A stretch of 64,000 nucleotides of DNA from an uncultured Gammaproteobacteria bacterium (GTDB lineage: Bacteria; Patescibacteriota; Patescibacteriia; Patescibacteriales; UBA12465): NCBI GenBank assembly GCA_964483295.1, contig CAZAAD010000001.1, positions 27,875 through 91,874 of the forward strand. The letters are read 5' to 3'. Shown piece after piece: positions 37,009-46,628 of the stretch (position 1 is the first letter of the stretch; every line of letters starts with the position of its first letter). The notes below the pieces were generated by a model that saw only the letters and a program-made list of their open reading frames with translations, was not told the origin of the DNA and searched no databases. The position numbers and the translations under genes were made by a program.

Positions 37009-37629
37009 ATGCTTGATCTCGCAGCAGAAAAAAAAGTTTTTAATCTCGGCTATAAACTAGTCGCCGGCTTAGATGAGGCTGGCCGCGGTCCCTTGGCCGG
37101 ACCAGTGGTGGCTGCCTGCGTAATTATTGACCAAAATTTTACCATTCCTCCCGGGGATTTAGAACTTGTGGCCGACTCTAAAAAACTTAGCGCAAAAAAA
37201 AGAAACCTAATCTTTCGGGCCATCCGAGAAAGTGCGCTCGCAGTTGAAATCGGCGTAGTTGATAATAATGATATTGATAAAATAAATATTCTCCAAGCTA
37301 GTTTTTTAGCCATGCGGCGGGCGCTAAAAAAATCTCCACTTAAACCAGACTATGTATTATTAGACGGCGGCTTAAAAATTCCGAAGCTTAATTTACCACA
37401 AACCGCAATTATCCAGGGCGATGCAACTGTCTGGACAGTAGCTGCCGCGTCAATAATCGCCAAAGTCAGCCGTGATTGGATTATGGAGGAAATGGAAAAA
37501 AAATATCCCGGCTACAACTTCGCCAAGCATAAAGGCTATGGCACCAAAGAACATCTAGAGAAAATAAAAGCACTAGGACCCTGCCCTATCCACCGTCTAT
37601 CATTTGCGCCTCTAAAAAAGACTGCTTAA
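37009..37629 (+). CDS. rnhB: Ribonuclease HII
   Basis: ...VAGLDEAGRGPLAGPVVAACVI... (the DEAGRG catalytic motif) and the C-terminal ...KHKGYGTKEH... Confidence 0.9.
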   Translation: MLDLAAEKKVFNLGYKLVAGLDEAGRGPLAGPVVAACVIIDQNFTIPPGDLELVADSKKLSAKKRNLIFRAIRESALAVEIGVVDNNDIDKINILQASFLAMRRALKKSPLKPDYVLLDGGLKIPKLNLPQTAIIQGDATVWTVAAASIIAKVSRDWIMEEMEKKYPGYNFAKHKGYGTKEHLEKIKALGPCPIHRLSFAPLKKTA

Positions 37630-37642
37630 GCAGTCTTTTTGA
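37612..37642. terminator. Bidirectional rho-independent terminator between rnhB and typA
   Basis: AAAAAAGACTGCTTAAGCAGTCTTTTT is a perfect hairpin with an A-run and a T-run on either side. Confidence 0.7.
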
Positions 37643-37653
37643 AATAAAATAAA

Positions 37654-39435
37654 TTATCTTTTGGCGCGCGCCCTTTCTACTTCCGTTAGATATTTCTTAC
37701 GCAAACGAATACTCTTAGGAGTGACTTCTAGGTATTCATCATCATTAATAATACTTAAACCTCTTTCCAGACTCAGCTCCCAAGGCGGCGTTAAAGTAAT
37801 CGCCTCATCAGAACCAGAAGCGCGAACATTGGTCAGCTTCTTGCCTTTAATCGGATTAACGGCCATGTCATTACCCTTAGCCACATTACCTAAAACCATA
37901 CCCTCATAAACTTCGGTATTGGGCTGAATATACAAAACGCCACGTTCTTGTAAATTCCATAAAGAATAAGCCAAGGCTTTGCCGCCAATCATGGAAACCA
38001 TTGAACCCAGCGCACTGCGCTCGATATCTCCAGCCCACTCTTTAAAGCCTAAAAAATGAGTACACAAAATTCCTTCTCCTCGAGTATCAACCACAAACTC
38101 TTCTCGATAACCTAATAAACCACGAGTGGGAATAGCGAAAATGATTCTCGTCTGGCCATTATGGCTTTTCATATCAGTAATCTGACCCTTGCGCTTAGAC
38201 ATTTTTTCAATTACCACACCGGAACAAGCTTCTGGAATATCAATACTAGCCTCTTCATAAGGCTCCAAAGTAACCCCATTCTCCTCTTTAATGATAACTT
38301 GAGGTTGAGAAACCTGGACTTCATAACCTTCACGGCGCATGTTCTCCAACAAAACAGCAATATGCAACTCACCACGACCGTATACTTTATAAAAACTATT
38401 GTCGGAAAAATCAATCTTTAAACCCACATTAACTTCCAATTCTTTTTCCAATCTTTCTTTAAGCTGACGATTAGTAACAAATTTACCTTCCCGTCCCGCG
38501 AAAGGAGAATTATTAACAAGAAAATTTAAACAAATTGTCGGCTCATCAATTTTAATCGCCGGCAAAGCAGCTTGATCGGCTGTTTCACAAATAGTTTCAC
38601 CGATATAAATATCAGACAAACCAGCAATTAAAACAATATCGCCCGCGGTTGCCTCTTGAACTTCCTGGCGAGAAAGGCCACGAAAAGTAAAAAGCTTAGT
38701 CACTTTACCCTGGCGACTGACGCCTTCCAAATTTTTAATAATCACAGACTGGCCGCTTAAAATGCGTCCGCTGTAAATGCGTGCCACCGCGCAACGTCCT
38801 AAAAAATTATCATAAGCTAAATTAAACGGCTGCACCAACAAGGTGGCGTCGCTCATATCCTGACTAGAAGCAGCGGGCACATGATTCATGATGGTATCTA
38901 ATAGGGGGTTAAGGCTATCGCTTAAGCTATCAAGCACTAAACCAGAGTGGCCGGTTTTGCCAATAGCATAAACCACCGGAAAATTGAGTTGTTCATCATT
39001 GGCTCCTAAATCTAAAAATAACTCATAGACCATTTCCGAAACTAAGGCTGGCCGCGCCGCCGGCTTGTCAACTTTATTAATAACCACAATCGGTTTTAAA
39101 CCTAGCTCTAAAGATTTTTTTAAAACAAATTTAGTCTGTGGCATCGGGCCCTCTTGAGCATCAACCACTAATAAAACTGAATCGATGGAACGCAAAACAC
39201 GCTCAACTTCAGAACTGAAATCGGCGTGCCCAGGAGTATCAACAATATTGATTTTGGTATCCTTATAAAAAAGACTGGCATTCTTAGCATAGATAGTGAT
39301 GCCTCTTTCCTGCTCTAAGGAATTACTATCCATACTGACACTGTCATCGACCATGCCATTCTGGCGCAAAAGCGCGTCTGTTAAAGTTGTTTTGCCATGA
39401 TCAACGTGAGCAATGATAGCAATATTCCTAATTTC
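37654..39435 (-). CDS. typA: Translational GTPase TypA/BipA
   Basis: MEIRNIAIIAHVDHGKTTLTDALL (G1), DTPGHADF (G3), NKVD (G4), and the EF-G-like domains. The start is at MEIRN; the 9-codon extension in the track is unlikely. Confidence 0.9.
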   Translation of the reverse strand, partial: EIRNIAIIAHVDHGKTTLTDALLRQNGMVDDSVSMDSNSLEQERGITIYAKNASLFYKDTKINIVDTPGHADFSSEVERVLRSIDSVLLVVDAQEGPMPQTKFVLKKSLELGLKPIVVINKVDKPAARPALVSEMVYELFLDLGANDEQLNFPVVYAIGKTGHSGLVLDSLSDSLNPLLDTIMNHVPAASSQDMSDATLLVQPFNLAYDNFLGRCAVARIYSGRILSGQSVIIKNLEGVSRQGKVTKLFTFRGLSRQEVQEATAGDIVLIAGLSDIYIGETICETADQAALPAIKIDEPTICLNFLVNNSPFAGREGKFVTNRQLKERLEKELEVNVGLKIDFSDNSFYKVYGRGELHIAVLLENMRREGYEVQVSQPQVIIKEENGVTLEPYEEASIDIPEACSGVVIEKMSKRKGQITDMKSHNGQTRIIFAIPTRGLLGYREEFVVDTRGEGILCTHFLGFKEWAGDIERSALGSMVSMIGGKALAYSLWNLQERGVLYIQPNTEVYEGMVLGNVAKGNDMAVNPIKGKKLTNVRASGSDEAITLTPPWELSLERGLSIINDDEYLEVTPKSIRLRKKYLTEVERARAKR

Positions 39436-39559
39436 CATATTTTTTATTACAATTAAGGCCAAAACAAAACGCGACTAAGAGCCGCGTTTTCACGATAAGC
39501 TGCTAAAAATTATAACTAATAAACAAATTCCTGTCAATACCTAGTAAAAACCGCCAATC

Positions 39560-39751
39560 CTACTCTGGCATGACAACATTTTTTGCTTTCCAAGTAAGAT
39601 CAAACAAAGTATAGAAGAAAAGGCTGGTAATAACTATGCCGGCGATAAAACCAGACAAAGAAGAAGCTAGTAGCTTTCCCAGGCTCCACTTAAATTCTTT
39701 CTTCTCACTCGAGACTAATTCGGCCACGAATTCGTGCTTTGTTCTTTTCAT
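39560..39751 (-). CDS. Small hypothetical membrane protein (63 aa)
   Basis: A single predicted TM (LSGFIAGIVITSLFFYTLF) and a possible downstream hairpin at 39466-39490. Weak. Confidence 0.3.
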   Translation of the reverse strand: MKRTKHEFVAELVSSEKKEFKWSLGKLLASSLSGFIAGIVITSLFFYTLFDLTWKAKNVVMPE

Positions 39752-39946
39752 AACTTTAAAAAATAGATTATGTGAAAAAAATTAATGATCTTTAAATAAG
39801 ACCGGACTCGGCTAATATAATTTTACTATTTTTTTCCATTTTTCGCAAATCATATCTGGCTTATTTCATATTTTGCTAAAAAATAGTTTAAGCGGCGTTC
39901 AGGATACTAATGCTAAACTGAAAATATAATTTATTAAAAAAATTTT

Positions 39947-40627
39947 ATGAAAATACTTATCGTCGAAGATGACGCGAGCGTCGCTAGTCTAATAAGCCAA
40001 GGGTTGGCTTTAGAATCTTTTTTAGTAGAAACTGCCAGCGATGGTGAGCGTGGCGCGTTTATGGCCAAAACTGGCGGTTATGCCTTAATAATTTTAGATT
40101 TTTCCCTGCCAAAACTAAACGGTAACGAAGTACTAAGAGAAATAAGGCGCGAAAAACCAAACTTACCAATTATTATGCTAACGGTAAAATCAGAAATACA
40201 AACCAAAGAAGAGGCTTTCAATCTAGGAGCAGATGATTATTTAACTAAGCCCTTTTTACTAGAAGAACTGATTTTAAGAATTAAGGCTTTATTGAGGCGA
40301 CCAGCTAAAACGGCCGTGGAAAATTTACAACTTGGCAATCTGCATTTCACGCCCTCTTCTGGCATCTGTAAACGCGGACAAAAATTTATTTACCTAACTA
40401 AACGCGAGGCTTGCTTACTACGATATTTATTTAAAAACCAAGGAGAAGTAGTAACGCGAGGAGAAATACTGGAAAATGTTTGGAACTACGAAGCTGATCC
40501 TTTTTCTAATTCTATTGAAACCCATATCGCTAGTTTAAGAAAAAAGCTAAAAACAAAAAACGAACCAGAAATAATCCATACTTTTCCTGGCCGCGGCTAT
40601 AAACTAGCTTTAAAAAAATTAGCCTAA
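39947..40627 (+). CDS. Two-component response regulator, OmpR/PhoB family (receiver + winged-helix)
   Basis: MKILIVEDD...D at ILDFSLP...the K in ...DYLTKPF..., then a winged-helix C-terminus ...VVTRGEILENVW... No histidine kinase gene is adjacent. Confidence 0.85.
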   Translation: MKILIVEDDASVASLISQGLALESFLVETASDGERGAFMAKTGGYALIILDFSLPKLNGNEVLREIRREKPNLPIIMLTVKSEIQTKEEAFNLGADDYLTKPFLLEELILRIKALLRRPAKTAVENLQLGNLHFTPSSGICKRGQKFIYLTKREACLLRYLFKNQGEVVTRGEILENVWNYEADPFSNSIETHIASLRKKLKTKNEPEIIHTFPGRGYKLALKKLA

Positions 40628-41806
40628 CTATTTATTAAGTAAAAACTTCCGACCACGTAATTTTTCAGGTAAATATTCCTGGCTAGAATCATCTTCTAGT
40701 GGCGTGTATTTGTAATTTTTAGAATAACCTAAATCTTTCATCAGCTTAGTCGGTGCATTGCGTAAATGCAGCGGCACTGGCAAGCTACCGCTAGCCTCAA
40801 TCTCTGCTTTAATCGCCGTATGAGCCTGATAAACGGCAATGCTTTTCGCTGACTTGGCTAGATAGGCGGCACAATGAGCAAGATTAACAGCGCATTCCGG
40901 TAGACCAGTATTCTTACAGGCGTCATAAGCAGCCGTAGCCAGCATGAGGGCGCTGTTATTAGCTAAACCAATATCCTCAGAAGCAAATCTGATCATACGC
41001 CTAGCAACATAAAGCGGGTCTTCCCCAGCTTCAATCATGCGCGTTAAATAATAAATAGCGGCATCAGCGTGACCGCCACGCATTGACTTATGAAATGCAG
41101 AAATTAAATTATAATGCTCTTCACCATTCTTATCATAAAGCAGATTAGGCTTATTAACGATGTCTTTAATTACTTGCGCTGTTAATCCGCCCTGATGCTG
41201 CGCGGCACTCTCTAAAATACCCAAGGCACGACGCGCATCGCCACCTGCCAGACGGGCAATCAGCTTAGCAATATCATTCTTTAATTTAACACGCAAACGC
41301 TTAGCCGCTGGCAACATGATTTTTTCTAAATCTGCTTCGGTTAACGTTTCTAAGACAACCAGTTTAACGCGTGACAATAAAGCGCTATTAACGGCAAAAC
41401 TAGGATTCTCCGTAGTAGCCCCAATCAGAGTAATGGTACCATTTTCTACCTGAGGCAAAAGGGCATCCTGCTGCGCTTTGTTCCAACGATGAATTTCATC
41501 AATAAAAAGGATAGTTTTTTGGCCAAGACGACGCCCTTCTTTAGCGCTATCAATAATTTTCTTCAAATCCTTAACACCGCTTGAAGTGGCACTTAATTCA
41601 ATAAAATCAGATTTAGTTTCTTTGGCAATAATAAAAGCTAAGGTTGTTTTACCAGAACCAGGCGGTCCCCAAAAAATAATCGAAGGCACCCGGTCTTCCT
41701 TAATCGCCTGAAAAAGCCAAGATTTAGGACCAATGGCTTTTTCTTGACCGACAAAATTATTTAAATTGTCCGGCCGCACATCAGCAGCCAAGGGCATGTT
41801 TTCCAT
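40628..41806 (-). CDS. rarA: Replication-associated recombination protein A (AAA+ ATPase RarA/MgsA)
   Basis: ...FVGQEKAIGP...IIFWGPPGSGKTTLA... Walker A, ...ILFIDEIHRWNKAQQD... Walker B/sensor, and the MgsA C-terminal helical domain. Confidence 0.9.
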   Translation of the reverse strand: MENMPLAADVRPDNLNNFVGQEKAIGPKSWLFQAIKEDRVPSIIFWGPPGSGKTTLAFIIAKETKSDFIELSATSSGVKDLKKIIDSAKEGRRLGQKTILFIDEIHRWNKAQQDALLPQVENGTITLIGATTENPSFAVNSALLSRVKLVVLETLTEADLEKIMLPAAKRLRVKLKNDIAKLIARLAGGDARRALGILESAAQHQGGLTAQVIKDIVNKPNLLYDKNGEEHYNLISAFHKSMRGGHADAAIYYLTRMIEAGEDPLYVARRMIRFASEDIGLANNSALMLATAAYDACKNTGLPECAVNLAHCAAYLAKSAKSIAVYQAHTAIKAEIEASGSLPVPLHLRNAPTKLMKDLGYSKNYKYTPLEDDSSQEYLPEKLRGRKFLLNK

Positions 41807-41809
41807 AAC

Positions 41810-44446
41810 TTAAAATTGGCGAGGTTTAAGATGAGCTACTTTCTTGCCGATTTCAAAAACTAAAATACTAAAACAACCATACAAAATAGCCACCGTCCAA
41901 TCAAATGGCGCTAAAGGAGCAGTGCTTAAAAGTTTATTTAAAAATGGCAAATAGACTGATAAAACTAATAAGAGAACCCCTAACAAAGTAGCATAAACTA
42001 AAAATTTATTAGCAAAAATACTGGTTTTAAAGACTGATTGGCGCAAAGAACGAACCGCATAAATATAAAACATGGTACTAAGGCCCAGAGTGGCAAACAT
42101 AACTGAGCGCGCTAACTCCAAATTTCCCACTACTTGCCAATAGTAATAAAAAACACTCAAAGCCGCCAAATCCATCACGATAGCATAGAAAGCAATGACT
42201 TTTTGCAAGCCCCCGGTTAAGAAGGCTTGGTCTTTAGGCCGCGGTTTATCCTTCATCACATCGCCATCGGATTCATCAAAAGCTAAGCTAGCCGCTGGCA
42301 AAGGATCTTCGATTAATTTAATCCACAAAATCTGGGCCGGCAAAATCGGCAAAGGCCAACCCATTAAGACTGCGGAGCCGATAATGACCATTTCTTGAAA
42401 ACAATCAGTAAAAAGATAAAGAATAACCTTTTGGATATTGCTAAAAGTTACTCGGCCCTGGCGCACCGCTTCAACAATCGTTAAGAAACTATTATCAAGC
42501 AGCACTAAGTCAGCCACTTCCTTAGCAACATCCGTGCCATTGCCGACAGCAACACCAATATCCGCTTTTTTTAGAGCCGGTGAATCATTAATACCGTCAC
42601 CGGTCATCGCTACCACCTTCCCTATTTCTTGAAAGGCGCCAACGATTCTTAATTTATGATGCGGACTAACGCGAGCATAAAGCCGAATATCTCTGATTCT
42701 GGCCTTCAATTGCTCATCAGTCATCTCATCTAATTCACTACCGCTAACAACATTATCCTGATCAATCGAGAAACCAATTTCTTTAGCAATGGCGACAGCT
42801 GTATTTTCGTGGTCGCCAGTAATAATAACTACCCGTACCCCGGCCTCACGACATGACTGGATGGCGTTTTTAACATCAGGACGAATTTGGTCGCGCAAAG
42901 AAAATAAACCAACGAGCGACAAATTTTTTAACTCTTCCAACTGCAGCTCGCCCTGGTCGCCTTTAGTTCTAATCTTACGCGCTATTGCTAAAACGCGCGC
43001 ACCTGCGCCAGTCAATTCTTCGATTTTTTTTACAATATTATCCTTATCAGCTTTTAATAATTTTTTTTCCGTTTGACCATCAAAATAATGAGAAGACAGA
43101 GCAATAATTTTTTCCGGGGCACCTTTAATATAAATAATCTCTTCACCTGATTCTAAACGATGCAAAGTGGCCATGAATTTAATATCGGAAGAGAAAGGAA
43201 TCAAGCTTAAACGGGGTTCAACACTTTCTAGTTCTTGGCGATACCAGCCAAGACTAGCACCCGCTATCAGCAAAGCCTTGTCGGTCGGATTACCGACAAT
43301 TCTTAAATCCTCAGGTTTATCTCCAGGGTTCTCCACTAAACCATCATTACACAACACACCAATTCTTAATGCCTCTGACTTTTCACTGGCTATAAATTCA
43401 TGACTCCCAGCTATTAAACGATCAATCATCATCTCGCCCTGCGTTAAAGTCCCGGTTTTATCAACACAAATAACGGACACAGAACCTAGTGTCTCCGCGG
43501 CTACTGCTCTTCTTACTAAACCCTTTTTTTTAGCCAGCCGCTGCATACCAATAGCCAAGATAATCGCCATCGCCGGAATAAGCCCTTCAGGCACAGCTGA
43601 AACAACAATCACCACCGCTACCATAAACATTTCAAAAGGATCGCGACCGCTCAGAATCCCAATTAAAAACAAAATGACATTCGCTACAATTAAAAACAGA
43701 CCGAGACGCAAACCAAAATTATTTATCTGTTTCTGTAAAGGGGTTAGACCCTCACTAGTTTCTTTGATTAATTTTGCCACCTTGCCAATCTCCGTATCTT
43801 GACCAGTGGCTACCACCACCGCCCGACCAGAGCCATCAACGACGATGGTTCCCTGATAAACCATGTTCTTGCGATCTGCTAAGGCAAGTTCGTCAGAATA
43901 AATCGCTAAATCTTTAGCCACAGGTAAAGATTCTCCAGTCAAAGAAGCCTCATTGACCTTTAAATTTTTAAGTTCAAAAATTCTCGCATCGGCCGGAATA
44001 ACGTCTCCGGAAGAAAATTCAACGACATCCCCGGTGACCAAATTTTCCCTATCCGCAACAACCAACTGGCCATCACGCCAAACCTTTACCTTATACACTA
44101 CGGCGCCGCTTAGTTTTTTTAAAGCGTTATTGGCTTTCCACTCCTGAAAAAAACCTACTATATTAGTTACCATGATAACCACAAAAATTATCAAGGCATC
44201 ACTTTTATGGCCAGCAAAGAAACTAATTGCTAAAGCAGCTAGTAAAACAAACACTAAAGGATTTTTAAACTGCCCTAGAAATAAGAGCAACCCGGTTAAA
44301 GCTTTTTCCTCAGGTAATTTATTAAAACCTTGAACAGCTAAGCGTTTTTTAGCCTCCTCGGCAGACAAGCCGCCAGAGGAAGACGATAATAACGAAAAAA
44401 TAGCTGCTGGCGACTGTTGGTAGGCATGATTTTTTTCCATGGTCAT
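41810..44446 (-). CDS. Cation-transporting P-type ATPase (P2-type, Ca2+/Mg2+-like)
   Basis: ...ICVDKTGTLTQGEM... (DKTGTLT phosphorylation site), ...TGDGINDSPALKKADIGVAVG..., ...VAMTGDG..., and ten TM helices. Confidence 0.9.
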   Translation of the reverse strand: MTMEKNHAYQQSPAAIFSLLSSSSGGLSAEEAKKRLAVQGFNKLPEEKALTGLLLFLGQFKNPLVFVLLAALAISFFAGHKSDALIIFVVIMVTNIVGFFQEWKANNALKKLSGAVVYKVKVWRDGQLVVADRENLVTGDVVEFSSGDVIPADARIFELKNLKVNEASLTGESLPVAKDLAIYSDELALADRKNMVYQGTIVVDGSGRAVVVATGQDTEIGKVAKLIKETSEGLTPLQKQINNFGLRLGLFLIVANVILFLIGILSGRDPFEMFMVAVVIVVSAVPEGLIPAMAIILAIGMQRLAKKKGLVRRAVAAETLGSVSVICVDKTGTLTQGEMMIDRLIAGSHEFIASEKSEALRIGVLCNDGLVENPGDKPEDLRIVGNPTDKALLIAGASLGWYRQELESVEPRLSLIPFSSDIKFMATLHRLESGEEIIYIKGAPEKIIALSSHYFDGQTEKKLLKADKDNIVKKIEELTGAGARVLAIARKIRTKGDQGELQLEELKNLSLVGLFSLRDQIRPDVKNAIQSCREAGVRVVIITGDHENTAVAIAKEIGFSIDQDNVVSGSELDEMTDEQLKARIRDIRLYARVSPHHKLRIVGAFQEIGKVVAMTGDGINDSPALKKADIGVAVGNGTDVAKEVADLVLLDNSFLTIVEAVRQGRVTFSNIQKVILYLFTDCFQEMVIIGSAVLMGWPLPILPAQILWIKLIEDPLPAASLAFDESDGDVMKDKPRPKDQAFLTGGLQKVIAFYAIVMDLAALSVFYYYWQVVGNLELARSVMFATLGLSTMFYIYAVRSLRQSVFKTSIFANKFLVYATLLGVLLLVLSVYLPFLNKLLSTAPLAPFDWTVAILYGCFSILVFEIGKKVAHLKPRQF

Positions 44447-44477
44447 TTTACTAAGATAATAAGCAAGATATCCTTGA

Positions 44478-44516
44478 TTTTAACATAAAAACCCCTGATT
44501 TACTAATCAAGGGTTT
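44478..44516 (-). terminator. Putative rho-independent terminator after the ZraP-like gene
   Basis: The minus strand reads AACCCTTGATTAGTAAATCAGGGGTT + TTTATGTT (one G-U/mismatch in the stem). Confidence 0.4.
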
Positions 44517-44553
44517 CCATGTTATGCTCAGTCTTCAATTGTTTTAGATATTT

Positions 44554-45048
44554 CTACTGGTTAATTAGCCGTCCGCCACCCATGCCCATTCCTAGGCCCA
44601 TGCCATGGCCGCGACCCTGTCCTTTTCCCATACCGCCCATACCAGGAGCGCCTTCAAGGCCTAATTCTGTAAAAATAGCTCGAGCTTGATCTAAGTGCTG
44701 ATGAGCCTCAACAAATCTGGAAAAATTTGCGGCCGTAATTTTATCAGCAAAGGGATGATCGGCGCCAACAGCGGTTTTCCAAGCTTCATAATCGCCGCTC
44801 GCAATAGCCGCTTGAGCCGCCGTTCGCTTTGCTTCCATCTCTGCGTGGCGCGTTTCTCGATTAGCCTCCCAAGCCTCTTTTTCGGCATCGGTTAAATTAG
44901 CCATTTGACCATAACCTTGACCAGAACCAGCGGACACGCCCTTACCCGCCATTCTATTAGACGCCGCGTCCGCAACGACCACTCCTCCAACCATTAACGC
45001 TAGAGTGCCGACCACCGCTGCGGTTTGTACCAACTTCTTGTTTTTCAT
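44554..45048 (-). CDS. Secreted ZraP/Spy/CpxP-family-like periplasmic protein with a Met/Gly-rich C-terminal tail
   Basis: Signal peptide (VVGTLALMVGGVVVADAAS), an LTDAEKEAWEAN (LTxxQ-like) helix, and the C-terminal ...GMGGMGKGQGRGHGMGLGMGMGGG tail. The tail resembles the metal-binding tails of ZraP-type proteins. Confidence 0.45.
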   Translation of the reverse strand: MKNKKLVQTAAVVGTLALMVGGVVVADAASNRMAGKGVSAGSGQGYGQMANLTDAEKEAWEANRETRHAEMEAKRTAAQAAIASGDYEAWKTAVGADHPFADKITAANFSRFVEAHQHLDQARAIFTELGLEGAPGMGGMGKGQGRGHGMGLGMGMGGGRLINQ

Positions 45049-45129
45049 ATTTTTGTTTTTAATTAGCTTACCGAATTAAGATCTTAATTTCCCTGTCACT
45101 AGCTAATACGCTAACTAAAAATATTTTCT

Positions 45130-45972
45130 TCATTCACCAAACGGGTGTCTATTTCCGCAAGGAGTCCCCTGGCTTAAAATACAATTATTACCACAGGTGC
45201 CGCCGCAAGTGCAGCCGCCGCCAAACATCAATAATCTCATGGGCGAACTGGGATACATTTCCTGAAAAAATCCCCGTCCTGGCATTAACGGTAAAATTAG
45301 ATGCGCCGCAAAATCTTTCTTGCTTTTTTTATCACCCAACATGCGCACCGGACGTCCAGATACCACAAAAGTTGTGCCCTCGGTATTAGTGTCAACCGCT
45401 ACTAACCAGACGCGACCATCACGATCAACTAACTCAAAAGTATCATCCTCTAAATCTGAGGCTGTTAAGCCAACTAAGCGTCCCTCCTCCGGATTAGACC
45501 AAAAATCCAGATGAGGATTCAGCATCTTTTCATAAAGCGGTGCCTTACGACCTAGAATCTCATCAATTTTGGCATCCCAACCAAAAGAACAGAATATAGC
45601 ACACAATAAAATACTCAAAGAGAAAGCCACTGCTGCCACTAACCATAAAGGATAGCGGTAACCAGTTTTAGTATGCTTAATATTGTAATAAAAAATAAAA
45701 ATAGCCGCCGCTAAAAATAAAATCCAAAAATAAGGTAAAGTTAATAATAATATTTCAAGAGCGCTTTTATTTATCTCTCGGCTTAAATAAAAATCATTAA
45801 ATTTAAAAAGATAGGTCATGACCGATAAGGCCGCCGAGCTAGCTAGTAAAGCAAGAATGCTTCCACCCCAAACTAAATAATTTTTCCAAACAAAATACCA
45901 GCGCGAGAGCGGCTTTAACTTTTCTTCTTTTATTTTTTCTAAAATCTTCAGATCAAAATTATTTTTTTCCAT
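45130..45972 (-). CDS. Membrane protein, putative anti-sigma factor / sensor, with a Cys/Gly-rich C-terminal tail
   Basis: It is immediately downstream of, and 10 nt from, the ECF sigma gene. It has multiple TM helices and a C-terminal ...GGGCTCGGTCGNNCILSQGTPCGNRHPFGE motif. Assignment is by position only. Confidence 0.4.
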   Translation of the reverse strand: MEKNNFDLKILEKIKEEKLKPLSRWYFVWKNYLVWGGSILALLASSAALSVMTYLFKFNDFYLSREINKSALEILLLTLPYFWILFLAAAIFIFYYNIKHTKTGYRYPLWLVAAVAFSLSILLCAIFCSFGWDAKIDEILGRKAPLYEKMLNPHLDFWSNPEEGRLVGLTASDLEDDTFELVDRDGRVWLVAVDTNTEGTTFVVSGRPVRMLGDKKSKKDFAAHLILPLMPGRGFFQEMYPSSPMRLLMFGGGCTCGGTCGNNCILSQGTPCGNRHPFGE

Positions 45973-45981
45973 ATATTTAAA

Positions 45982-46566
45982 TCAAAGCAATGATTTATTG
46001 GCCAACTGACGGCGCAACTGCGCTTTCGCCTTGTTAATCCGCGACGCAACTGTTCCCATCGGCTTCTTGAGGATATCAGAAATTTCCTGATAGTCCTTAT
46101 CTTCAATGAATTTTAAAATCAGCGCTTCACGATGTTTAGGGTCGAGCTTGCCAATAGCGTCATTAATTCTTTGCTTTAACTCTGACTGGGCCACATCGGC
46201 AAACACATCAAAATCGCCAGCTAATTCCTTCACTTGGCTATCACCAATATCCAAATCCAGTAATTTGGGGCGAGCCTTAGAACGGCGGTAGTTATCAATT
46301 ACTTCATTATGGGCAATCCGATATATCCAGGAAGAAAATTTCAAACTGCTATCAAAATCATTTAAATTTAAATAAGCCTTAATAAAAATATTCTGCAACA
46401 CGTCTTCCGCCTCTTCTGGACTTAAGTTAGATAAGCGACCGATATAGCGGGACAATTTATCTTGATAACGATGAACTAAATAAGAAAAGTCATTCTGGTT
46501 CTCTAAAACCAAAGGCACAATCTCTTCATCCGTCTTATTAGTGAAATCGAGGCGTTCGATCGTCAT
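45982..46566 (-). CDS. ECF-type RNA polymerase sigma-70 family sigma factor
   Basis: Region 2 (...LQNIFIKAYLNL...SSWIYRIAHNEVIDNYRR...) and region 4 (...EALILKFIEDKDYQEISDILKKPMGTVASRINKAKAQLR). Confidence 0.85.
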   Translation of the reverse strand: MTIERLDFTNKTDEEIVPLVLENQNDFSYLVHRYQDKLSRYIGRLSNLSPEEAEDVLQNIFIKAYLNLNDFDSSLKFSSWIYRIAHNEVIDNYRRSKARPKLLDLDIGDSQVKELAGDFDVFADVAQSELKQRINDAIGKLDPKHREALILKFIEDKDYQEISDILKKPMGTVASRINKAKAQLRRQLANKSLL

Positions 46567-46628
46567 AGAAAAATAAGAGGCCGAAAATTGGCCTTTTGTC
46601 TATAATACGCGGCTTATAATTACTTTCT

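Noticed and set aside
39436-39462. The nine-codon N-terminal extension of typA (MALIVIKNM...) in the ORF track
   Set aside because: The conserved BipA N-terminus begins at MEIRNIAIIAHVDHGKT. The extension would also overlap the U-run of the upstream hairpin.
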